From Setoptus koraiensis (lineage: Eukaryota; Animalia; Arthropoda), in the NCBI GenBank assembly GCA_048013815.1, contig CM106586.1, positions 6,324,001 to 6,388,000 on the forward strand: 64,000 nt of DNA, in the 5' to 3' direction. The translations under genes and the position numbers were made by a program. This document shows positions 1 through 11,971 of this stretch, one piece after another (the stretch's first letter is position 1; every line of letters starts with the position of its first letter). The notes under the pieces were generated by a model. That model saw only the letters and a program-made list of their open reading frames with translations, had not been told where the DNA came from and searched no databases.

Positions 1-2172
1 GGGCACAAACAGTGAGAGTTGTGCATCGCTCGCTCTAACCAATGCATGTCGCACCTGCGCAAATCTGTGTGTCTAACCGTGATTAGCTTGCCGCTATGAG
101 GCACATAATTGATTGAATAGGCACAGGACGTAAAATGCTCAGGCGCACAGCAGAGTGTTCGTAGTGTCAAACTGACACTACTGACACTTGTCACTGTCAA
201 ACCGACAGTATCAACAGTTTCACGACTTGTCCTGTTTTTCCGCTGCCCGATTCTATATACTGCCAATGAAATAACACACCGATTTAAATAACATGATAAT
301 TGTGCGACATCAAACACATATTATTGCACAATTGTTACAACAATTACCGATTATGTAATTGCGCAACGGTCACATAATAACTATTGTGTCGATTCATGTC
401 GACTGTTCATTCATGGTTGCTATTCATAACTTGTGCTGATGATTAATCGGTTCTGTCTGCTAGTGATTTGGCTAACAATATGTGCAATGCGCAAACAATT
501 GGTTGTTCATCATAAATTATCTGTATGATCTGATTGATTAGCACAAGAGAAAAGAAATGATCGAATCATCAAATCGAGGCAATAAGCATTTCAATTTTAG
601 AGTTAATTCAGACATAATAGTCTAGATATTGAGACGGAATGAGATGATGCATAAAGCACCCAATAAAGGCACTCATGAGTCACAATAGTGATAGTAGATG
701 AAATCACGTGATAAGCGCTGGTTGTCACCAGCCGGCAAGTATACCGGCGACACTTGTGGCAGCCTAGTACTTGAGTACCTGATCTATCAAGTGTGTTGCA
801 TAGTGAATGCCAGACTGTCTGCACCGTCTTACAAAATTGTTAAACAAATTTTTTTTTTATTATTTTATCAATTGACAGATAGTTATAATCAGCTGATGTT
901 GTTGTTGAACATTGTGAATGTGGCTCGATAATTTTCTAGAATAATAGCAGTAATAAAGGAGCCTATCAATGAGCGAGCACTCATTATTACCTTTTGCTCT
1001 TTACAACTTGTGGCAATCATGGCAGCATTGTTGTTTAGTCGGCTATTTGTATCGTGTTTTTGTGGTTGCCGCGGTTGAAGAAAGAGACGCGAGGGGCGCT
1101 CGCATCAGGTTGAGAATGCACCGCAGAGCTTGAGGTGTCTCGATAGATGTTACCTTTCTTTTTCTTTTTTTCTTGTTACTCTGTTTTGGTGGCGCTCGTC
1201 GCTAGTAAATCACACAGCATGCACGTACAAGAAGCGACCTCGAACGGCTTTTAATACAACTGAGTGCAGCCACAGCAGTATTGGCACTGTGGTGGCACCC
1301 GATACAAGTATGCAGTCAGTATCTGCATGGGAGTCTATCAATTAGTTGATCATTGGCCATGATGATTGCACATGTTGTAAGATAATTCAACAAGTGCTCT
1401 TGCCGAGATTGATTGCACTGATGGTGCTACCGACTGAGACTGTCACTGTGAGTGGCGGTGGTATTTTCGAGTGATTTTAAGTGTAATATAGTGGCTACCG
1501 CCCAACTAAAACTGAAGCCACCAAAATCACTCGTTCGCTCGGTGGATCCGACTGCAGAATCGCTGCAGAATCGACACACGGTGCGGATAAATCGAGAGAT
1601 TGATTTTCACCGGGCTTGCGATTTGTGCGGCCGCCCATATACTCAACTGTCTATAATTTAGAGTCTATATACAATGTCTAGCGTGAGGCTTGCAACGGCA
1701 GCAACAAAGTGGATATAGACTGAGTGGCGCCCGAAACAAAGCCAGCTCGTCGCAGTCCAACGAGATTCAGTGATATCCAACGGTTGGATATCGCTGAATG
1801 AGAGATCACATGCGAGCAGAATGTACATGAGAGTATACATGAGAATATACATGAGAATTATACACGAGAGAGGCAGTTGAGACGAGCAGCTCAAATGAAA
1901 TTCATACGACACGAACGAGCGCAATTGATAAATGCCAATGATGATGATTTATTCACAAGTTTGTGTGCGTTTCTTATTGGTTGGATTGACTAACTGACTG
2001 ACTGATTGACTACAACTGATTGATGGTTTAGTTGTTGTTTTACATTTAGTGTAATATGCACAATCGCTGCGCAAGCAATAAATAATGATGGAACTGATAT
2101 TATTAGAATATTTACAAATTATTTGTTGTTCGTTACCATTTGTATTAATTTACATGGTATGACTATTGTGGG

Positions 2173-2712
2173 TCAAATTCGGTTAATGGAAACACAATCA
2201 GTGGTATCAGCGTCATCGTCGTCGTCGTCGTCAGGTAAAAAGAAGGCCTGTCGGTGGGCCATTTTAATCTGGTGGCGGCCATTGAGTGAATCATTGTGAA
2301 TGTTCATTTTGTTCAGTTGCTCTAGTTTGTTTAAGCGATTATAATAACTGTCATAATACGACGAATGCTGATGACAGTCTGAATGGAGATAATCGTCATA
2401 GGAGTGGTCCGACAATTGGTTTTGGCCAGCATAATATTGGTTGCTCGGCTGATGTCGCGCTGCGTCTTTAGACAGGGCTCTGGCGTCGTTAAGTTGTTGT
2501 GGTTGGTGTTGCTGTTGAAACAACAGCTGAGGTTGTTGCTTCTGTTGATCGTGATGCTTGAACCAACTGTGACTGCTGACGGTGGACAATTTGTCGAAAC
2601 TTTCCAGACAATTCAGGTGGCGCGGATAGCAGATGGAGCGCGAGATGCGTCGCTGCGGCGAGGCCGATCTCGACGACGAGCGCGAGGAGTTGGGCGACGA
2701 TGTTGTGGACAT
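2173..2712 (-). CDS. Orphan 179-aa ORF (Ser/Gln/His-rich with acidic tail); possibly an N-terminal exon of a gene extending left of the window
   Basis: ATG-initiated ORF, among the longest in the first 18 kb, with protein-like low-complexity composition (SSRSSSRSASP, poly-Q/H, poly-D). No recognisable domain and no clear splice donor. Confidence 0.4.
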   Translation of the reverse strand: MSTTSSPNSSRSSSRSASPQRRISRSICYPRHLNCLESFDKLSTVSSHSWFKHHDQQKQQPQLLFQQQHQPQQLNDARALSKDAARHQPSNQYYAGQNQLSDHSYDDYLHSDCHQHSSYYDSYYNRLNKLEQLNKMNIHNDSLNGRHQIKMAHRQAFFLPDDDDDDDADTTDCVSINRI

Positions 2713-2746
2713 GTTGCTATATCTATGCCTGTCTCACGATTCAATT

Positions 2747-2819
2747 AATGGGCTGATTTTCAGTTGAATGGGCTGATTTTCAGTTGAATGGGCTGATTTT
2801 CAGTTGAATGGGCTGATTT
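2747..2819. repeat. 20-bp tandem repeat AATGGGCTGATTTTCAGTTG x3.6, with degenerate copies to about 2860
   Basis: Three identical copies at 2747, 2767 and 2787 plus a partial fourth, read directly. Confidence 0.95.
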
Positions 2820-3687
2820 ACAATTAATCGCTTGATTTTCAGTTAATGAGTTGATTTTCGAATGTTCGTTCGCTGCCGGGGCGCTGGGCCGTTTTGCTGT
2901 GGTTGGCTAATTTTGAATCTAATGTCTCACAATGGTTGTCAATTCCAGTGACACGGCGTGTTGCTTCAAAATGGATGCAATTTTGTAGTGTTGTTGCTAT
3001 TTAGCGATGCGCTAATTGATTCAGTTGATTTTGTCGCGTTAATTGGTTCGTTGTCGTAACGATGCAACCAAGTCTGTAACTATCGTGGCACTGACTAGAC
3101 ACTGACACTGTCGCTGCTATTTATACACCTGTCACTTGTGTGCCACTTGTGTGCTCTGTGCCAAACGATGCGCTGTGCCAAACACTTGACATGGAACAGA
3201 GTGACAATCAACAATCATTGATTTGTGATGGTCGTTAATGTCATTGCCATTTGCTTGGGGCGGCAACCACACAACTACTCGCTCAACAAGTAGCGTGTGT
3301 CTGCAGCATGTCAACTAGCTAGCTTGCCATTGTGTGTGTGTGTCGAGTAATGAGTGTCGACGAGAAGAATAACTGGCAATGCCATTGCAAACACACACAC
3401 AGCCATTGGCCCGCAAGTGACAGGCATAATTTGCATACATGTCATCGAGCATTGGCACTCATTTACTTAATTGATCACAACAGCGTCAGCCAGCTGATTG
3501 GCCTGTCACTGACAGGCTGTCAGTTGTGACGGGTGCGCCAGTGGACAACTGGACAGTCAGTTGGGTTATTACGCAATTTGTGCAGATTTTGTCTATATTG
3601 TGACGGACACACACTGCTGAAATGTCAGGCACAACTGTCCGTGTGTTGGCGCGTTGGGCACAAGTGCACAAACGGGCCAACACAAAT

Positions 3688-3735
3688 CAACAAGGGCATC
3701 AACAGGGGCACCAACAAGGGCACAAACGGGGGCAT
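3688..3735. repeat. 12-bp imperfect tandem repeat (CAACAAGGGCAY) x4
   Basis: caacaagggcat caacaggggcac caacaagggcac aaacgggggcat. Confidence 0.85.
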
Positions 3736-5244
3736 TTCCACAATGATGTGGGTACGCCGGCCAGGTATTTGTTTGTTTCGGGAGCATGGTCGCTAATGAT
3801 TAATTAGTGCCGGCCCGGCGCTGATGCGTGCGATGACGATGACACAGTGAGCTAACTGACACGAACAGACAGCACAGTTGCACGAGTGGAGCGAATGGCG
3901 CCGTTGCACTTGTTGCATTTGTGACAGCTCACAAATGCAGTGGCGACAAACTGACTTGTGAGTCTCGACAGCCAACTCGAGGACGTCAATGAGTGAGTCA
4001 GGTTTTTCCATAATTGCACCAATATTGCATCATTACAGCAGCCACACAGACGGTGGCGAGACGCACGCGCCTTACGGGCGTCTCATGGTCTCATTGTGAG
4101 TGAGACTCGTTGGCGATAAACACTCACAAACCAAGACACAAAACGCGCAAAAAAGAAGCCAGACATACAAGAAAAAACGACAACACGCAGCCACCATGAT
4201 AACAGGTTGTTGTTGTTGTGGTTGTTGTTGTTGTTGCTGCTGTGTAGACAATATTAATAATCATCGCCAATAATAGTAGTAATAATTATCATGCCGACAA
4301 TGATTGTGTCTCACAATTGTGAGCCGCGCACGACGCTATCACTCGGCGACGGAGTGATCGCAACACTGACTTGTGAATGAAAATCAATTCCGTCTGCGCT
4401 CAAATCTTAGCCTAAATCTAACCACTTACGCAGCAGTGTAACGTAACCGGTAACTAGTACGCGCCGATACGTTTGCCACTCAATGCTACGTTTACTAGCG
4501 AGCAAATGAGCTCATTCAATTCACTCATGCCAGCTGATCTGGCCAGGCAAGTCAAGGCGCGCCAAGCTAGCCGAGCTAGATGAGCTCTTCAGTCAGTGGA
4601 GAGAGATGGCGAGCGAAATTGAATGCGATTGCATGGGTTAGATGCATCAGATGGCATTAGGTGGCATTCGACGGCGTTCGATGGCATTAGAAGCTGATGA
4701 TTAGATCTAGATAGACGAGGCAAGAGTGCACATGAATGGAGCGGCCATCGAGCAACAAGTGACGCCAAGCGACAGGCGCCATTCCACAGGTGAGCTGTGT
4801 GAGGCAACAGCGCAACAATGACACAGGTGAGTGGTGTTAACAGTGCCAGTGTGGCCACTCATTGAGTTATCTCAATAGGTGAGTTATCTGGCTGTCGTGT
4901 GTGTGTGTGTGTTGTCGAGCCGCGTGAGTCGGTGTGTGCGTCGTCGTGTGTGTCGACCACACTTAAACTAGCAGCTTGTAAATGAAAATAAAATAAACTT
5001 TTATACCACAAATAGCGACACTCAAACAGACAGTCGCACTTATGTACGTAATGTACGTAATGCGATTGAATAATTATGATTTGTTTACGTAAGCATCGGC
5101 TCGCAATCGCACAATTGTCAATCAGATGACTGGAGCGCAATTAGTGCACACTGACAACGCAACGCAGCTCGCCATTGTCAGTCAACATTGTCAGTCAATT
5201 GTGTCGGCATTTGCGATACTTCGGTATCGCACACTCTGTATCGT

Positions 5245-5300
5245 CTGGTGTGCACTAACTGGTGTGCATTATCTGGTGTGCATTATCTGGTGTGTATTAT
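5245..5300. repeat. 14-bp tandem repeat CTGGTGTGCATTAT x4
   Basis: Units start at 5245, 5259, 5273 and 5287. Confidence 0.9.
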
Positions 5301-5759
5301 GCAGTGTGTGTAGTGTGTGTGTGTGTGTTGTGGTGTGTTGTGTGTATCTGAAGAGGAAGTGAGTGATGCACGAGTGCACGACAATTAGCATCATCACATA
5401 AATCTCATCTCTCATTTGTGCTTGCGCGACAGAGCACAAATGATGAGATTTATGTCACACGACTGCCTGGCGTGCGTGTGTGTTGTGTTGTGTGTGTGCG
5501 TGTGTGTGTGTGCGAGTGAAAGAACCCCAAGGAACCGGCGAGCATATGTAATGATGTCAACAATGATTATTGTTATGCAATGACGGTTAGCTCATATAGC
5601 GCCGATGACGAGCATGCCTCTGGCAACATCTTGGCGGCTTATTGATCGTGGCGATGGTTGCAATCGCTTGCGATGAGATACTCGAGCACACGCACACGTG
5701 AACCATGCGTGATACTAATAACAACTAATAATGGCAGCAATAAATCACGGCACGCATGC

Positions 5760-5925
5760 ACTTGTTGCTGTTGCAGTTGCTGTTGCTGTTGCGCCTTCCA
5801 CAACAGCACGACAGCGGCACAACGGCAGCACAACAGCAGCACAACAACAACAACGACAGCAACAGCGACAACAGCACAACAGCGACAACAACACAACAAC
5901 GACAACAACAACGACAACAACGACA
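5760..5925. repeat. Low-complexity (CAA/CAG/CGA)-rich tract
   Basis: Degenerate trinucleotide repeats that generate spurious ORFs in many frames. Confidence 0.85.
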
Positions 5926-7890
5926 GGCGGGCAACCGCACAAGAGTCACACCATGTTGAGCGGGAAGGACGCACTTTGCACTTTGTAGTGGCACAGGGCG
6001 CGATTAATTGTCGATTTGATCAGTGCGACGCATGATGCGTCTCCATCACAATGTAGCCTCCTGCGCCGATGAGCGGCAAGACGTCAATCGAGCCACTTGA
6101 TCTGATTGTCGCGCCACAAACTTTGTCCCATCAGTTGCAATCAATCACAGTGAATCGCAATCAATCATAATCAATTGTAATCTGTCGTCGTGATTCGCCA
6201 GAGCCAGCGCCAGCGTTAGTCACGCCGGTCGTCATGACAATGTGACTCGGCTCGCCGATCACGAGCCGGTCACATTGGCGATGCAGCCGGCGCTTCGTGC
6301 AATCACCGCTGCACAAGTCAGCTGCAAACTGTCATAACCTCTGTTATCGGCAAGCGCAAATTATCGCAAATTATCACAATTATCGCAATTATCGCAACAC
6401 TGTTTGCTTGGTGGCAGCGCCAACAAGTGCACAGTTATCAAAAACACTTGCACTGTGTACAATTGATATATAATTAATTATCATACTTGCCAATCACCGC
6501 CAAACCGCTATTGATGCACCCTGCCCAACCAAAACAACAACAACCAAAACAACAACCACTCACAGCCAAACATTCCTATGACGGCATTGCTATCTCGTGT
6601 GCACATCTTTTCCACTATCCGTTACCGTTTTTTCTCCGCTTTTCCATCTCGCTCACAACATCTCCTCACAACTGACTGACTAACTGACTGACTAACTAAC
6701 TAACTCACACAACTCTCACTAATGCCGCTACACAATCAATAGTGATCTGGTTGATTTATCATAAATTAGCCACATTGTGACTGTGCGCGCAAACCCGCCA
6801 ACATCGCAAACAATGTATCTTGCCATTGCGATCTTGGCGTGCATTGTTTTGCCTGTCAACTTTCTATGTAATGTCGATTGCGCGCTAAAATACAAAAACT
6901 TCCATTACGCACACTGTGCCTCGAGTCACTCGAGTCGAGTGTAACTCTACTGACAATGTTGTTGTCAGTATAGCAAATAACACACAATACAACAGGTAAT
7001 AAATGCAGGCAAATAAAATATACAGTTTGGTAACGGCCCACACACTCATAATGCACACAAATGGGCAAATCGCTATTGTCGCTGTTGATGCGAGTTGCAG
7101 TTTGCGGCTACGATGTCGACCTTTGTCGACTGCAATAAACACTCGCTGCCGACCATTGGTTGGCATCAATGCAACGCCAACCACAATTAATCAATCGCAA
7201 TCAATTAACCGGCGCTTGCCATGCCACACAACCTAATCACAGTTTGTGCACGCGTCTCAAATTAGACAAACTGTCAAACTTTTGCAGCCTCTGTCTGCGC
7301 CATTGTTGTCCGCAGACAACTTGCTGTCTTATCGACACACACTAATTAACCAATTAATTAGTAGTAATTCAGCAACAGTGTGACGTAATTCAGCGTGTGT
7401 TTGTTTGAGTCACTCGAATTGAGTGATGTCAGCGGCGCCAAATCGACACACAAACACCTTTATTGTTAGACGAGCAAAAAGGCCAACCAACGCTTTGTTG
7501 ACAATTGCAAAAATAGTCCCAACGTTAATAGTAATTGTGCACTGACAATCGCCGGTGGCCCACAAACGATGCAATTGTCACCAACAGGCAACTTGTAACA
7601 ATTGCAACATTTCTCTTGGGCTTTTCTTGCGATATCTGCCCATTTATAACCCGAACGAAAATAGACAAATTTGCCACAAAATAACGTAACGTAACGTGTG
7701 CAGCCAAATGTCGTATCTTTAAATAGATTTGGATGACGTAGTGAACTAGTATTTTGCGACTACCATTTTGCTTGCTACAACTTCAAGTCAAGTACAACCA
7801 TTGTCACAGGATTTTAACAACAATCAAAGAATGCTCTCGTCGTCGAAACTTTTGTTGGCTTGTGTGTCATTGGGCAACACAAGCCAACAT

Positions 7891-7965
7891 TGGGTAATAT
7901 TGGGCAATGTCGGGCAATGTCGGGCAATATCGGGCAATATCGGGTAATATCGGGTAGCATCGGGG
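7891..7965. repeat. 10-bp minisatellite (CGGGCAATAT) x7.5
   Basis: In-register decamers tgggtaatat tgggcaatgt cgggcaatgt cgggcaatat cgggcaatat cgggtaatat cgggtagcat. Confidence 0.95.
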
Positions 7966-8663
7966 GTGACTGGCAAGATTTGTTGGCAAGATATCAACAA
8001 GTGAGTGGTTTGTATTGTGAGCGGTGCGCGTCGACGATGCATTGTCATGTGCAACTTTGTCCCCTTTCCATTCCGTCAATCGGATGTCGTCATAGATTTC
8101 AATTTCAAAGGCGCACAATGTTATATAATACAATATTGTTACTATTAACAAAAAGCAGCCGCTCAAACGAGCCAGCCAAACAGCTAAATAGGCACGCAAT
8201 GTCACCCAATTTAGTGTCTGTCATTGGGTTGGCAATGGGATTATTGCAGCACACACAACAAATCATTTGGGCAAGCTGTCGATGTTAATAAAACACACAT
8301 GTGAAATATGTCAATTTAAAAGTTACGTCAGCGTTGCTGGCGATTATCCGATTGGCGCCGGCTACAGCCAGCGTGACTGGCAGGCTGGCTGGATTAGCCG
8401 TTTGCCCATTTGTCATTGCTTACTCCACATAATGCTATATTTAAATGCGTCAACGGCGCCGATATGAATGAAAATGACGCGCCTCCTGAATGTTAATTGT
8501 CGGATAGCCATGAACCCTTGATGATGATTTGGTAGTGGCGCATACACTCGCAAGCCTCAAAATATGATAGTTCAAAGTCACTAGTTCAAGTTCAGCAGTG
8601 TGCTATTTTTGCAACTTACAACTCGCTATTTGTGTATTCTGTGCACCCACAGAATCCCAAACA

Positions 8664-8717
8664 ACAAGTCACCTGTATACTTGACAAGTCACCTGTAAGT
8701 TTGACAAGTCACCTGTA
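8664..8717. repeat. 20-bp tandem repeat x2.7, each unit carrying the E-box CACCTG
   Basis: ACAAGTCACCTGTA starts at 8664, 8684 and 8704. Confidence 0.9.
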
Positions 8718-10921
8718 TGTAGGAATGCACCGCATGTTGGCGCTGCTGCAAACTGCCAACAAACTGTACAAGATATTGTTGTTATTTCAAATGTTAGGTA
8801 ACACTGTCATACAAACAATGGTGATCCGCTCGAAATGGATTTTGCGCGCTCTTTGTGGCCCCTCATCGCAAGCTCCCATACAACTGACAAGTGTAAGTCA
8901 CAAGCGGATAAAAAGCGACAGTGTTATGCTTGTCGCTGACAATGCGCTGTCAATTTAATTGAGCAGTGTTACCCAACTCACCTGTTGCCTAAACAGGTGC
9001 AACAACCACTTTACGATGCACACTCACACACCGGTATTTACACAATAGACATACTTTGAATTTGAGTTTCATTTTCATTTTCCAATGCAAAGTCCAAAGG
9101 GCAGGCGCGCACAAAGTGGAAAAATGGCAAAATTGACATTGGACAGACTAAGCATCATATTGGAGTGAACAGAAAAGCCGAATAAATTCCGTGTGAAATC
9201 GATTGGATTAACATGGGCTTAAAGGCGTGCGATTGTGTGTCACTCTCTCTCTCTCTCTTGCCTCCGTCGGAACTCGTGAGACTCGCGCCGCATAGAAAGT
9301 GATAAGTTGGTAAGATAAGTACGCAAGTGAAAACAAGCGAAACAACCTCAAGCTATCAATACCCCCAATTCCACGCAAAGATAAAAAGATTAGCTAACAA
9401 TCGCAAGTGTTAACTCAAACTTGTAAGCCAAAGTATAGATTTGTCGATTTCTTTTTCTATTTTTTTTTTGTGCAAAAAAAGATCCATTCAGCATTATCAT
9501 TTTTCGCTTTAACTTGCACATCTCGTCTACGTCAACGGGCGTCGTGTTCACCTGTTGTTGTTGTTGTTGTTGCTGCTGCTATTGGAGGCTTCCAAACTCA
9601 TACTGTGAGAATACTATTTTTCCGGCGTCTATCTACGTCTAGTTTGGCGCCACAATGCGATGCCAATTTTAGCACGGCCCTCGCAACCTTATCATAGGCT
9701 TATCACATGCTTATGAACGGAAGCACAACAACAGCTCGTTATGTCACTGCTCACTGAGTTTGTTGGCCAAACGGAAGTGCCGCTGTGCCAATTAGCCTTG
9801 TTTGAGTGAACACGGCTAACCTATAACAACACAACTGTACTAGTATAAAGTATTGATTGGTATAATTAATCGATTAATATGATATAACATAATTATAACA
9901 TAATTGCAAATTCAACCTGTTTGAGTGGGCCAGCTGAACAAAGCATCTCAACAGTAACAACAAAATGGCTATTGCAAACAAAATCATCAGAGGAATGAGT
10001 CATTTTTCAGCTGACCTGTCTCGCTGATTTATTGGATAGGTCGATAAAATGAAACACTTGATATTTAATTATGTTAGGTTGCTTTCTCAAGCTTTCCGTG
10101 AGCTTTCTGTAGGTTTTGTGAGTTTTGCGTGGCCATGTTTTTCATGTTTGCAATGTGTACATAACGCGACGATAACTGTTTATGATAATTATCATAAAAT
10201 GATGTTTCCATTTCTTCGTTCATCATGCACAACCTGAGTAAAGCATGCATGATATCGTACATTATTCCAATGTTACCGACCTTATCGGCGTGTCATCATC
10301 GTGTTGGAATATTTTATCAACAATCAAATCATGACATTTTGCCATAATTGATTGATAAGCTCACAGTTAACAAAATATTTATCTTATTAGCGAAACGAAA
10401 AGTTTATCTCTGCCGCTTCAAGAGGTCGGTTTATTCTGACAGTTTGAGAGGCAAACAAATAAAATAAACCCACTACAGAACATTCCAACTGTAAGCAGGT
10501 TTCTTTTTGGCTTGGCTTAATGCCATTTAGACTCATTAGTAATTAAGGTTTTATGGGTCATTGACTAATTGAACCACCATTGTTATGACAACAATTTAAA
10601 TTAATTAACTGTCTAATCATCTCTCGTGCCATCATTCGATCTCTAGTAGCATAATTTCTCATAATTTTTCTTGATTTGCTCGCGCCTGTAATAAAATTGA
10701 ATATTTACAAATTGCAGGCGCAAGTGACAGCAGTGAAAAGCTTTTTTTTTCAATTATTTCAATTATCGGATCAGCGAAATCCATTCAGCGGCCCATTTAG
10801 TCAGATCTCTCTATAGATGAAAATTAGCTGTGACTAGAACATTTTATTCATGCACCACCTAGAATCAACATTTATTATATTTATCTTAAATCTCATCTAT
10901 CCAATATTCAGGTTGGCATGT

Positions 10922-11971
10922 TCAAATTGGCCATAAAAACGATTTGTTCATTTTAAATAGATAACTCGTTCTCTGTCTACATGTACTCTGTATATGCATG
11001 ATTTTTCGTCTGTTGTTGCCACTGTCATGGAGTGTTTGCTCGGGGAGGTCATCTAATTCGGTCCGGAGATTGTAAAATTGCAACTTGACAGAGATGTTTG
11101 CCTGGACAATCGTCATGCATCGCAGCTTATTGGCATTTTTAAAAGTGCCGACGATTACCAATGAATGAAAGTTGCCTGTCGCTATGGCAAGTGCTTAATA
11201 AATGAGTGACTAGGCATTCGATCGTTCGATTGACGATAAACACACTTAACAATTTATTTATTTATTTATTTATATTAACGAAAGACAAGAGATCCACTGA
11301 CAAGCAACTAAGAACAAGCAAGAACAAGAAAGAACAGCAAACAAACAGATGAGTAAGCTTGCAAGAAAACAAACAATCTAATCAGCATCAATGGAAGCTG
11401 AGCTATCTAGTTAGAGAACTTGCAACCGCGAACTAGTAAGCGAACTAGGAAACGCTGACAAACTCGCCGCATTATATCTGTTTGTCCACCTGTCATTTTG
11501 ATTATATGACATCTCACTTTTCACATCTCACTTGCATAACACGCATGGTATGATGAATGTTATATCATGGCACTAGTGCCATGCGTAAGCATCTTATATA
11601 ACCGCCTATACCCAATAACATCAACATCACTCACCTGAGGATTTTAAATTAGTTAATTGTGATGGAGATTCACTTGCAATGCCACCATCGCTGTTGCACA
11701 TGCTGTTTGTGGATTTTCTATCACTTCCGCTATCAGTTTCACATGGTGTTTGTGTGTTAGTTGTACAATGAGTTTGAGAACAACAAGTGTTAGTGATGAT
11801 GCTTTCATCGGGCCCACTTGTGGATGATCCAGCCACATCAATAGATGCTGCGGTGGCTGGCGTTTCACTAGATTTATCTGATATTGTTGTTGACGTTGTT
11901 GTCGCACCACAAGTTGTGGCGTCGATTGTCATAACATTCGAAGCATGCGCCTCCATTGCATAAGAAGGCAA
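10922..11971 (-). CDS. Hypothetical two-exon protein (about 198 aa, Thr/Ser-rich N-half)
   Basis: Exon 11971-11635 ends CAG|GTGAGT (phase 1). Acceptor CCATAG| at 11182 opens exon 11181-10922 in the matching phase, with no stop until 10922. No recognisable domain. Confidence 0.4.

Noticed and set aside
5639-6035. Six overlapping ORFs with poly-Q/T/C/V
   Set aside because: Artefact of a stop-free CAA/CAG low-complexity tract; no domain or splice support.
7824-8288. ORFs with repeated peptides (PILPDIARYC)
   Set aside because: Explained by the 10-bp minisatellite.
11566-11583. 18-bp perfect palindrome CATGGCACTAGTGCCATG
   Set aside because: Isolated, with no loop or extended stem; no supporting context.
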